A stretch of DNA of 64,000 nucleotides, from assembly GCA_965242865.1 (NCBI GenBank), contig CBDETK010000013.1, positions 4,704,001 to 4,768,000 of the forward strand. The letters are read 5' to 3'. The position numbers were made by a program, and so were the translations under genes. Position 1 is the first letter of the stretch, and each line of letters opens with the position of its first letter. Below, in pieces: positions 1-8,842 of the stretch. This stretch comes from Candidatus Latescibacterota bacterium (GTDB lineage Bacteria > Latescibacterota > UBA2968 > UBA8231). A model generated the notes under the pieces. The model was not told where the DNA came from. It ran no database searches and worked only from the letters and a program-made list of their open reading frames with translations.

Positions 1-480
1 GCCGCGGCCCTGCGCCAACAGGGCTTAGTCCCGGACCTCGTGCCTCCGCGCCAATCGCAGGCCGCGCTTGCCCAAGCCTTTGCCGCCTTCGAGGTGGCCG
101 ACCAAGCGATCCTCTTGCCGGCCTCGTCCATTGGACGCACTGAGCTCGCGGACGCACTCGCCGCCCGCGGCGCCCGCGTTCACCACCTAACGACGTACGT
201 AAATCGCCTGCCCGACCGAGTCGAACTTCCGGCCGCACTTGCCGAGAACAAACTCGACCTCATCGTCTTTGCCAGCCCCTCTAGCGTTCACAATTTTCAT
301 CGGGTCCTCGGCCCCAAACGCACGGCGGCCGTCTTGACCCGCACCCACCTCGCCTGCATTGGGCCGACCACGGCCGCGGCCGTGCGCCAGCTCGGGTTTG
401 CCGTTCACGTTCAGCCCACCGAAAGCAGCATCCCCGCGCTCGTCCAAGCCATCGTCGCCTTTTACACTGGTCGTTGGTGA
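1..480 (+). CDS. hemD: Uroporphyrinogen-III synthase domain, 5'-truncated by the window (possibly a CobA/HemD fusion)
   Basis: Frame is open from base 1. Motifs DLIVFASPSSV, ACIGPTTAAAVRQLG and VQPTESSIPALVQAI are typical of HemD. Confidence 0.85.
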   Translation, partial: AAALRQQGLVPDLVPPRQSQAALAQAFAAFEVADQAILLPASSIGRTELADALAARGARVHHLTTYVNRLPDRVELPAALAENKLDLIVFASPSSVHNFHRVLGPKRTAAVLTRTHLACIGPTTAAAVRQLGFAVHVQPTESSIPALVQAIVAFYTGRW

Positions 481-708
481 ATCGGAGGCCGAGGGGCATG
501 TGGGCTTTGCATCAGGGAGACCCAGAACCAATGGTTAATAAGCAAGGACGCACAGGAAAATGGTAAGGCGGCAATCGCCGCCAGCGGCCAAGCGCGGCTA
601 CGTGCTCGCAACGAGCGGCGGCATGGCAAAGCACAATAGCCATTGCCGCACTTGAGACCGCGTCCTATCTTGGAGTATCCATCTAAAACCCACCACAAGA
701 AGGACTTT

Positions 709-2532
709 ATGAACTCGTTTTTCAGCATGACCCGAATCGCCGGAATCGCCGCGGCGTGTCTGGCGGTCGTACTGGCCGGTTGTGGCAAAGAACACAACCC
801 CACGGCGGCCCAACCCGTGGTCACGGCCAACCCGGCCCAACCCGTGGCCAAGCAAGCCAGCATGACGCCCGAACAAGCCCGGGCGGAGATTGACCGGCGC
901 GAAATTCCTTATGCGGACTGGGCGTTTCTGTTGTACGCGCAAATGGGCAATCTGGAGGTTGTCAAGCTATTCCTTGCCGCGGGGATGGCGATTGAAACGA
1001 AAAACCCGACCGATCACTTTACCGCGTTGCACACGGCGGCGACCTATGGGCATTTGGCGGTAGTCAAGTATCTGGTAGGGCAATCGGCCACGGTGGACGC
1101 CAAAGGCAAGAACGGAGAAACGCCTCTTCAGTGGGCGGCGTTCAATGGGCATTTGGAGATCGTCAAGTATTTAGAGGAGCAAGGGGCCGACCTGTTAGCA
1201 GAAACGACCCGCGGCGATAGGGCGAAAGACTTGGCCGAACAAGGCGGGTTTACGGCGGTCGTAACGTTTCTCCAAGGTCAAGAAAAATGGAGGTTTGTAG
1301 GGGCGGCACAGGTTGGCAACCTTGAACGTGTCAAGGCATTTGTAGCGGCGGGCATGTCGGTTGACGCGTGGGAAGGCCACTTCGGCCTTACCGCCCTTCA
1401 CAGGGCGGCGCAGGGTGGTCATTTGGAGATCGTCAAGTATTTAGTGGGGCAAGGGGCCAGCCTAACGGCGACGGACAACTACGGCCATACCGCCCTTCAC
1501 AAGGCGGCGGGGGGTGGTCATTTGGAGATCGTCAAGTATTTAGTGGGGCAAGGAGCCAGCCTAACGGCGACGAACAACTACGGCCATACCGCCCTTCACT
1601 ATGCGGCGGGGGGTGGTCATTTGGAGATCGTCAAGTATTTAGTGGGGCAAGGGGCCAGCCTAACGGCGACGAACATCGGCGGCAATACCGCCCTTCACTT
1701 TGCGGCGCGGCATGGTGGTCATTTGGCGGTGGTGAAGTATTTAGTGGGGCAAGGAGCCAGCCTAACGGCGACGAACAACGACGGCCGGACGGCTAAAGAC
1801 CTAGCCAGCTCCTGGACCGGGGGCAGGGGTGCCGTCGTAGAATATCTCTCTGGTCAAGAAGAAAAGCAATTTCGTGCGGCGGCAGGGGCTGGCAACCTTG
1901 AGCGTGTCAAGGAATATGTAGCGGCGGGCGTGGCGATTGACGCTAAGAGCACCACCTACGGCTGGACCGCCCTTCACGCGGCGACGTGGGCGAATTATGG
2001 TGGTTTGGCGGTGGTCCAGTATCTGAAAGAGCAAGGGGCCAGCCTAACGGCGACGAACAACGCCGGCGGTAACGCCCTTCACACGGCGACGCAACGTGGT
2101 CATTTGAAGATCGTCAAGTATTTAGTGGAGCAAGGGGCCAGCCTAACGGCGACGGACAACTACGGCCAGACCGTCCTTCACACGGCGGCGCTGGATGTGG
2201 CGTTGGTCCAGTATCTGAAAGAGCAAGGGGCCAGCCTAACGGCGACGAACAACGACGGCCAGACCGTCCTTCACAAGGCGGCGGCTAATGGTGTTTTGGC
2301 GGTGGTCCAGTATCTGAAAGAGCAAGGGGCCAGCCTAACGGCGACGAACAACCGCGGCTGGACCGCCCTTCACTCGGCGGCGACCTATGGTAGTTTGGCG
2401 GTGGTCCAGTATTTAGTGGGGCAAGGGGCCAGCGTTACGACGGCGGACAACCGCGGCGAGACCGCTAAAGACTTGGCCAGCATCGGAGGCCATACCGACA
2501 TCGTGGAGTATTTGGAGTCGGTCGGCGGGTAG
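709..2532 (+). CDS. Ankyrin-repeat lipoprotein 1
   Basis: ATG at 709 follows AAGGA. Signal peptide has lipobox LAGC. Many TALHxAAxxGHLxxVxYLVGQGA repeats; ends EYLESVGG. Confidence 0.92.
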   Translation: MNSFFSMTRIAGIAAACLAVVLAGCGKEHNPTAAQPVVTANPAQPVAKQASMTPEQARAEIDRREIPYADWAFLLYAQMGNLEVVKLFLAAGMAIETKNPTDHFTALHTAATYGHLAVVKYLVGQSATVDAKGKNGETPLQWAAFNGHLEIVKYLEEQGADLLAETTRGDRAKDLAEQGGFTAVVTFLQGQEKWRFVGAAQVGNLERVKAFVAAGMSVDAWEGHFGLTALHRAAQGGHLEIVKYLVGQGASLTATDNYGHTALHKAAGGGHLEIVKYLVGQGASLTATNNYGHTALHYAAGGGHLEIVKYLVGQGASLTATNIGGNTALHFAARHGGHLAVVKYLVGQGASLTATNNDGRTAKDLASSWTGGRGAVVEYLSGQEEKQFRAAAGAGNLERVKEYVAAGVAIDAKSTTYGWTALHAATWANYGGLAVVQYLKEQGASLTATNNAGGNALHTATQRGHLKIVKYLVEQGASLTATDNYGQTVLHTAALDVALVQYLKEQGASLTATNNDGQTVLHKAAANGVLAVVQYLKEQGASLTATNNRGWTALHSAATYGSLAVVQYLVGQGASVTTADNRGETAKDLASIGGHTDIVEYLESVGG

Positions 2533-2557
2533 CGCGTCCCTTTCGTCAAGCAGTAGG

Positions 2558-2710
2558 TTGGGCGGCAGTCGGTTCGGTTCGGGTGTCGCCCTTTTTTTTG
2601 GGTGCTGGGGTCGTCAAATAGGAGATTTAGGATGCGCTTTTTGGTGCTCTTGGTTGGTTGGGCCGCGGCGGTGGGCTGCGGCGAGCTCGCCCTTCACGTG
2701 GCGGCGCGGA
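2558..2710 (+). repeat. Intergenic/leader duplication; second copy at about 5129-5280
   Basis: TTGGGCGGCA..CGGTTCGGTTCGGGTGTCGCCCTTTTTTTTGGGTGCTGGGGTCGTCAAATAGGAGATTTAGGATGCGC is nearly identical at both sites. Confidence 0.9.
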
Positions 2711-3252
2711 GTGGTTCTTTGGCGGTGGTCCAGTATTTAGTGGGGCAAGGGGCCAGCCTAACGGCAACGGACAACCTAGGCCGTACCGCCCTTCACGGGG
2801 CGGCGCGTTTTGGTCATTTGGCGGTGGTGGAGTGTTTAGTGGGGCAAGGGGCCAGCCTAACGGCGACGGACAACGACGGCGATACCGCCCTTCACTTGGC
2901 GGCGCTTTATGGTAGTTTGGAGATGGTCCAGTATTTAGTGGGGCAAGGAGCCAGCGTTACGGCGACGGACAACCTAGGCCGTACCGCCCTTCACTTGGCG
3001 GCGCTTTATGGTGGTTTGGAGATGGTCCAGTATTTAGTGGGGCAAGGAGCCAGCGTTACGGCGACGGACAACCTAGGCCGTACCGCCCTTCACTTGGCGG
3101 CGCTTTATGGTGATTTGGCGGTGGTGGAGTATTTAGTGGGGCAAGGAGCCAGCGTTACGGCGACGAACTCCTACGGCCGGACCGCTAAAGACTTGGCCAG
3201 CAGGAAGGGCCATACCGCCATCGTGGAGTATTTGGAGTCGGTTGGCGGGTAG
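2632..3252 (+). CDS. Ankyrin-repeat lipoprotein 2
   Basis: RBS AGGAG, MRFLVLLVGWAAAVGC signal/lipobox, about 5 ankyrin repeats plus a C-cap. Confidence 0.9.
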   Translation: MRFLVLLVGWAAAVGCGELALHVAARSGSLAVVQYLVGQGASLTATDNLGRTALHGAARFGHLAVVECLVGQGASLTATDNDGDTALHLAALYGSLEMVQYLVGQGASVTATDNLGRTALHLAALYGGLEMVQYLVGQGASVTATDNLGRTALHLAALYGDLAVVEYLVGQGASVTATNSYGRTAKDLASRKGHTAIVEYLESVGG

Positions 3253-3600
3253 CGTCCCAGCGAACAAAGCAAGTTGGGCGGCAGCTGGGGGCGTAAAAAT
3301 CGCTTACGGGTCAAAAAACAGATAGCAAATTGCCGCGGCGTTGCCGCCGGTGACCGTGGCCACGGTGTCGATTGCCGAAGTGGGCGCGGTATCGGCTGCC
3401 GAAGTGGGGCGCGTGGACGTGGGCGCGGTGACCGTGATCACGGTGTCGCTTGCCGACGTGGGGCGCGTGGGCGTTACCGATTGGGGCCGTTTTTGTGCAA
3501 AAAGTCGTCACTTGACCGAGCGGTTCAGGCCCATAAAGGGCCATTCGGTACAGGGTTCCCTTGACCTATGGGCCGTGCAACGGCGAGTCTTGGGCGGCAT
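3253..3600 (+). repeat. Post-ankyrin intergenic module; copies at about 5725-6016 and partial at 7029-7090
   Basis: CGTCCCAGCGAACAAAGCAAGTTGGGCGGCAGCTGGGGGCGTAAAAATCGCTTACGGGTCAA occurs 3 times; GGTACAGGGTTCCCTTGACCTATGGGCCGTGCAACGGCGAGTCTTGGGCGGC occurs twice. Confidence 0.9.
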
Positions 3601-3744
3601 GGCAAGGCACAATAGCGATTGACGCACTGAGAGTGCGCCCTAGCTTGGAGTATCCGCCTAAAACCCATCACAAGAAGGATTTTATGAACTCGTTTTTCAG
3701 CATGACCCGAGGGTCCCTTGACCTATTCACTTAGGAGCTTTGGT

Positions 3745-5112
3745 ATGCGCTTTTTGATTTTTGTGTTGGTTGGCTTGGTGTTGGGGTGTGGGGACGGTCC
3801 GCTCTCTCCTATAGAAGAAATAGAGACAAAGGAGGCTCTGCGGAATGCTGCGAGGAATGGTGATTTGGCGAAGGTCAAGCGGCTTATTAAGAGGTTTCCT
3901 AAGACAGATCGGGAAGCGGTGAGAGAGGAGGCGTTGCGTCCGGCGGCTGAAGGGGGTCATTTGGATGTGGTTCGTTTTTTGGTGGAGCAGGGTGCGAACG
4001 TCAACGCTCATTCGGAAAAAGGCTGGACGGCGTTGCATCGGGCGGCGGGGGAAGGTCATTTGGATGTGGTTCGTTTTTTGGTGGAGCAGGGTGCGAACGT
4101 CAACGCTCATTTGAATGGCGGCTGGACGGCGTTGCATCGGGCGGCTGAAGGGGGTCATTTGGATGTGGTTCGTTTTTTGGTGGAGCAGGGTGCGAACGTC
4201 AACGCTGATTCGAGAAACGGCTGGACGGCGTTGCATCGGGCGGCTGAAGGGGGTCATTTGGATGTGGTTCGTTTTTTGGTGGAGCAGGGTGCGAAAGTGT
4301 TTATGAGGGGCACGACGTCATACAACGCGGGCGGCGAGGATATCTTAGCGGGGGTTTTCCTCGACGTTCTAACTGGCTTTGCGTTTAATTTTACTGGTCG
4401 TGCGGCAAATTCGAGAGAGAAGAGGTTTGACTCCTGGACGGCCAGAGACTTGGCACAGCGTAAAGGTCATAGGGAGGTGGTGGCTTACTTCGATTTGATT
4501 GACGATTGGGCAACGCAGTGGGCAACGCAGTCGACGGTGTTTCTTGATGCGGCGAGGGCGGGCAACTTGGAAGTCGTCAAGCAAATCGTGGAGGCGGGCA
4601 TGGGCATGGGCATGCCCATTGACGCGACGGACGCCTTTGACAATACCGCCCTTCACTTGGCGGCGGAGGGTGGTCATTTGGCGGTGGTGGAGTATTTAGT
4701 GGGGCAAGGGGCCAGCCTAACGGCAACGAACAACCTAGGCTATACCGCCTTTCACAGGGCGGCGGCGGGTGGTGATTTGGCGGTGGTGGAGTATTTAGTG
4801 GGGCAAGGGGCCAGCCTAACGGCGACGACCTACAGCGGCCGTACCGCCCTTCACTTGGCGGCGGAGGGTGGTCATTTGGCGGTGGTGGAGTATTTAGTGG
4901 GGCAAGGGGCCAGCCTAACGGCGACGAACTACTGGGGCGAGACCGCCCTTCACTTGGCGGCGGAGGGTGGTCATTTGGCGGTGGTGGAGTATTTAGTGGG
5001 GCAAGGAGCCAGCGTTACGGCGACGGACGACAGCGGCCGTACCGCTAAAGACTGGGCCAGTGACCGCGGCCATACCGACGTCGTGGAGTATTTGGAGTCG
5101 GTCGGCGGGTAG
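3745..5112 (+). CDS. Ankyrin-repeat lipoprotein 3 (chimera of two repeat families)
   Basis: MRFLIFVLVGLVLGC lipobox. N-half repeats read HLDVVRFLVEQGANVNA; C-half repeats read HLAVVEYLVGQGASLTA. Confidence 0.9.
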   Translation: MRFLIFVLVGLVLGCGDGPLSPIEEIETKEALRNAARNGDLAKVKRLIKRFPKTDREAVREEALRPAAEGGHLDVVRFLVEQGANVNAHSEKGWTALHRAAGEGHLDVVRFLVEQGANVNAHLNGGWTALHRAAEGGHLDVVRFLVEQGANVNADSRNGWTALHRAAEGGHLDVVRFLVEQGAKVFMRGTTSYNAGGEDILAGVFLDVLTGFAFNFTGRAANSREKRFDSWTARDLAQRKGHREVVAYFDLIDDWATQWATQSTVFLDAARAGNLEVVKQIVEAGMGMGMPIDATDAFDNTALHLAAEGGHLAVVEYLVGQGASLTATNNLGYTAFHRAAAGGDLAVVEYLVGQGASLTATTYSGRTALHLAAEGGHLAVVEYLVGQGASLTATNYWGETALHLAAEGGHLAVVEYLVGQGASVTATDDSGRTAKDWASDRGHTDVVEYLESVGG

Positions 5113-5202
5113 CTTGCCGGCGAATAAGTTGGGCGGCACTCGGTTCGGTTCGGGTGTCGCCCTTTTTTTTGGGTGCTGGGGTCGTCAAATAGGAGATTTA
5201 GG

Positions 5203-5724
5203 ATGCGCTTTTTGGTGCTCTTGGTTGGTTGGGCCGCGGCGGTGGGCTGCGGCGAGCTCGCCCTTCACGTGGCGGCGCGGGGTGGTTCTTTGGCGGTGGT
5301 CCAGTATTTAGTGGGGCAAGGGGCCAGCCTAACGGCAACGGACAACCTAGGCCGTACCGCCCTTCACAAGGCGGCGGAGCGTGGTCATTTGGCGGTGGTG
5401 GAGTGTTTAGTGGGGCAAGGGGCCAGCCTAACGGCGACGGACAACTACGGCGATACCGTCCTTCACTATGCGGCGTTTTATGGTCATTTGGCGGTGGTGG
5501 AGTATTTAGTGGGGCAAGGGGCCAGCCTAACGACGACGAACAACGACGGCAATACCGTCCTTCACTATGCGGCAAGGCGTGGTCATTTGGCGGTGGTGGA
5601 GTATTTAGTGGGGCAAGGGGTCAGCGTTACGGCGACGAACAACGACGGCCGTACCGCTAAAGGCGAAGCCAGCCGCAACGGCCGTACCGACGTCGTGGCG
5701 TATTTGGAGTCGGTTGGCGGGTAG
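5203..5724 (+). CDS. Ankyrin-repeat lipoprotein 4 (paralog of 2632-3252)
   Basis: Leader and signal peptide match gene 2; about 4 repeats plus a C-cap. Confidence 0.9.
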   Translation: MRFLVLLVGWAAAVGCGELALHVAARGGSLAVVQYLVGQGASLTATDNLGRTALHKAAERGHLAVVECLVGQGASLTATDNYGDTVLHYAAFYGHLAVVEYLVGQGASLTTTNNDGNTVLHYAARRGHLAVVEYLVGQGVSVTATNNDGRTAKGEASRNGRTDVVAYLESVGG

Positions 5725-6047
5725 CGTCCCAGCGAACAAAGCAAGTTGGGCGGCAGCTGGGGGCGTAAAAATCGCTTACGGGTCAAAAAACAGATAGCAA
5801 ATTGCCGCGGCGTTGCCGCCGGTGACCGCGGTCACGGTGTCGATTGCCGCGGTGGACGTGGCCGCGGTGGACGTCTTGGGGCGCGTGGACATGGCCGAAG
5901 TGGGCCGTTTTTGTGCAAAAAGGCTGCACTTGGCCAATCGGTTTTGGCCCATAACGGGCCGTTTGGTACAGGGTTCCCTTGACCTATGGGCCGTGCAACG
6001 GCGAGTCTTGGGCGGCTTTACTCACTCTTTCACTTAGGAGATTTAGG

Positions 6048-7028
6048 ATGCGCTTTTTGGTGCTCTTGGTTGGTTTGGCCGCGGCGGTGGGCTGCGGCGA
6101 GCGGTCTATGCCGGCGGTCGGAGATAGCACGGCGGCGGCGGCGGATACGCTGGCGCAAGCGGCGGCGGCGGCGTTTCTGGCGGCGGCAGAGGCTGGCAAC
6201 CTTGAAAATGTCAAGGAATATGTAGCGGCGGGCGTGGCGATTGACGCTTCGGACACCGACGGCTTTACCGCCCTTCACTTTGCGGCGGCTGATGGTCATT
6301 TGGCGGTGGTCCAGTATCTGAAAGAGCAAGGGGCCAGCCTAACGGCGACGAACATCGACGGCGATACCGCCCTTCACTTTGCGGCGTGGCATGGTCATTT
6401 GGCGGTGGTGGAGTATTTAGTGGGGCAAGGGGCCAGCCTAACGGCAAAGGACAACAGCGGCGAGACCGCCCTTCACTCTGCGGCGTTTTTTGGTCATTTG
6501 GCGGTGGTGGAGTATTTAGTGGGGCAAGGGGCCAGCGTTACGACGGCGGACACCGACGGCTTTACCGTCCTTCACTGGGCGGCGTTTCGTGGTCATTTGG
6601 CGGTGGTCCAGTATCTGAAAGAGCAAGGGGCCAGCGTTACGACGAACATCGACGGCGAGACCGTCCTTCACTCTGCGGCGTTTTTTGGTCATTTGGCGGT
6701 GGTGGAGTATTTAGTGGGGCAAGGGGCCAGCCTAACGGCGACGACCACCAGCGGCGAGACCGCCCTTCACTTTGCGGCGTTTAATGGTCATTTGGCGGTG
6801 GTGGAGTATTTAGTGGGGCAAGGGGCCAGCCTAACGGCGACGACCACCAGAGGCTTTACCGTCCTTCACGGGGCGGCGTTTCGTGGTCATTTGGCGGTGG
6901 TGGAGTATTTAGTGGGGCAAGGGGCCAGCGTTACGACGGCGGACAACGACGGCGATACCGCTAAAGACTTGGCCAGCATCGGAGGCCATACCGACGTCGT
7001 GGAGTATTTGGAGTCGGTTGGCGGGTAG
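6048..7028 (+). CDS. Ankyrin-repeat lipoprotein 5
   Basis: RBS AGGAG, MRFLVLLVGLAAAVGC, N-cap, about 7 repeats, ends EYLESVGG. Confidence 0.92.
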   Translation: MRFLVLLVGLAAAVGCGERSMPAVGDSTAAAADTLAQAAAAAFLAAAEAGNLENVKEYVAAGVAIDASDTDGFTALHFAAADGHLAVVQYLKEQGASLTATNIDGDTALHFAAWHGHLAVVEYLVGQGASLTAKDNSGETALHSAAFFGHLAVVEYLVGQGASVTTADTDGFTVLHWAAFRGHLAVVQYLKEQGASVTTNIDGETVLHSAAFFGHLAVVEYLVGQGASLTATTTSGETALHFAAFNGHLAVVEYLVGQGASLTATTTRGFTVLHGAAFRGHLAVVEYLVGQGASVTTADNDGDTAKDLASIGGHTDVVEYLESVGG

Positions 7029-7673
7029 CGTCCCAGCGAACAAAGCAAGTTGGGCGGCAGCTGGGGGCGTAAAAATCGCTTACGGGTCAAGGCGCATAAG
7101 TGATTTTGGTCTCTGGCGTGGCTTTAGCGGGTGCTCGATTGTGCGAATTGTGCGAATTGTGGCTTTTTTTGCGGTCTTGGGCGGCCCAATGCGTTTTGAG
7201 TTCGGCCAGCACGTCAAAATCTTCGGGGGGCGGCAATTTGCTATCTGTTGGTTCTGCTTTCTTCTCAGAACGTTCTTTGGTGGGCGGTATTAACAGATAG
7301 CAAATTGCGGCGGCTGGCGGGTATAGCGTGGGGCGCGGGCGCGGGCGGACGATGCGTTGGCGCGTGGCTTGCACGGTGCTGAACGGGGTAGCGAGGTAGG
7401 CTTGTATGGACCGTTCGGAACGCCCAAGCGCGGCGGCTATTTGCTTGGTGGATAGGCCGGCCCGTCTTAGGGCGTGGGCGCGGTAGGCGTGGGCGTTGGC
7501 TTGCTTGCCGCGGCGAGCGGAGCGGCGATTGCCCTTTGCTTTTTCCGTGAGCGGCCAACTGCGGCGCGGCGACTGCCGGCGGACGAAATCGCACGCCTGT
7601 TTGCCTAACGCCGGCTACCTTGACATCGGCGCGGCGCGCTAGCTACTTTCCCTCCGGTATCGAGAGGATGGCC

Positions 7674-8825
7674 ATGCCCTTCCAAACCCACTTCGACTTT
7701 CGCCACCCTACCCGCATTGTCCACGGCCCCGGGTCCATCGCCTGCTTGGCGGATTGCTTTTCCCCGGCCGACACGGTCCTGATCGTCTCCGATCAGGTCT
7801 TGGGGGACCTCGGCGTCGTGGCAGCGGTCGCCGCGGCCCTCGGCACCATCCCGCATGCCGTCTATCTCAAAGACGGTGTGAGCGAGCCGACTCAAGAAGC
7901 GGTCGCCGCAGGAGTCCAACTCTACCAGCAAAAACGCTGCACCGCCCTTATTGGCCTCGGCGGCGGCTCCCCCATGGACGTAGCCAAAATGATCGGCGTG
8001 CTCGCGTCCAACGACGGCCGCATCACCCAGTACTTGGGCAACGACAAAGTCGCAAACGACCTGCCCTATCTCGCGTGCGTCCCCACCACCTACGGCACCG
8101 CCAGCGAAGTCACGCCCTTTGCCGTGCTAGACAATCCGGCCAGCGGCAACAAAGACCCGGTTATTAGCTGGAAAATCGCGCCCCAAATCGGCGTCCTCGA
8201 TCCCGACCTGTCGATGGCCCTGCCGGCCGCCATTGGCGCGGCTACGGGCATGGACGCCCTAACCCACGCGCTCGAATCCTATATCAATTTAGCGGCCACG
8301 CCCCTCACCGAAGGGCTCGCGCTCCACGCCATCCGCCTCATCGGCGCCAACCTGCGCTTGGCCTGCGCCAACGATTACGCGCTCGCCGCGACCGAAACCA
8401 TGCTCATCGCCAGTATGCTGGCGGGCGTCGCCTTTTCCCAGACGCGCCTCGGCAATGTCCACGCCATGTCCCATCCGGTCGGCGCCCACTACCACGTCCA
8501 TCACGGGCTGCTCAACGCCATCTTGCTGCCGCACGTCATGGAGTTCAACTGGCTCGCCTGCCCCGGCAAATTCGCCGCCATAGCCGAGGCCCTCGGCCAA
8601 CCCACCGCCGGGTTGAGCCCACGCCAAGCCGCGCAAGCGGCCATCGCCGCGGTGCGACACCTCAACGCCGACTTAGGCATCCCGGCCAAGCTAGGCGCGG
8701 TCGGCGTTGATGAGGCCCACATTCGCGCTATGGCGCAGATGGCCATGCAGAGCGGCAACATCGCCGTCAACCCGCGCAAAACCACCCAGCGCGATCTCGA
8801 ACTTTTATTTCAACAAGCCATTTAG
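7674..8825 (+). CDS. Iron-containing alcohol dehydrogenase
   Basis: GLGGGSPMDVAK, VPTTYGTASEVT, TGMDALTHALES, HAMSH and HHGLLN motifs. Alternative start at 7668. Confidence 0.93.
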   Translation: MPFQTHFDFRHPTRIVHGPGSIACLADCFSPADTVLIVSDQVLGDLGVVAAVAAALGTIPHAVYLKDGVSEPTQEAVAAGVQLYQQKRCTALIGLGGGSPMDVAKMIGVLASNDGRITQYLGNDKVANDLPYLACVPTTYGTASEVTPFAVLDNPASGNKDPVISWKIAPQIGVLDPDLSMALPAAIGAATGMDALTHALESYINLAATPLTEGLALHAIRLIGANLRLACANDYALAATETMLIASMLAGVAFSQTRLGNVHAMSHPVGAHYHVHHGLLNAILLPHVMEFNWLACPGKFAAIAEALGQPTAGLSPRQAAQAAIAAVRHLNADLGIPAKLGAVGVDEAHIRAMAQMAMQSGNIAVNPRKTTQRDLELLFQQAI

Positions 8826-8842
8826 CATTTAGGAGGTACACC

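Noticed and set aside
3337-3500. Short degenerate GCCGAAGTGGGCGCG repeats and overlapping small ORFs (also 5810-5900)
   Set aside because: No RBS or recognisable product, and the two copies differ by indels; treated as part of the intergenic module.
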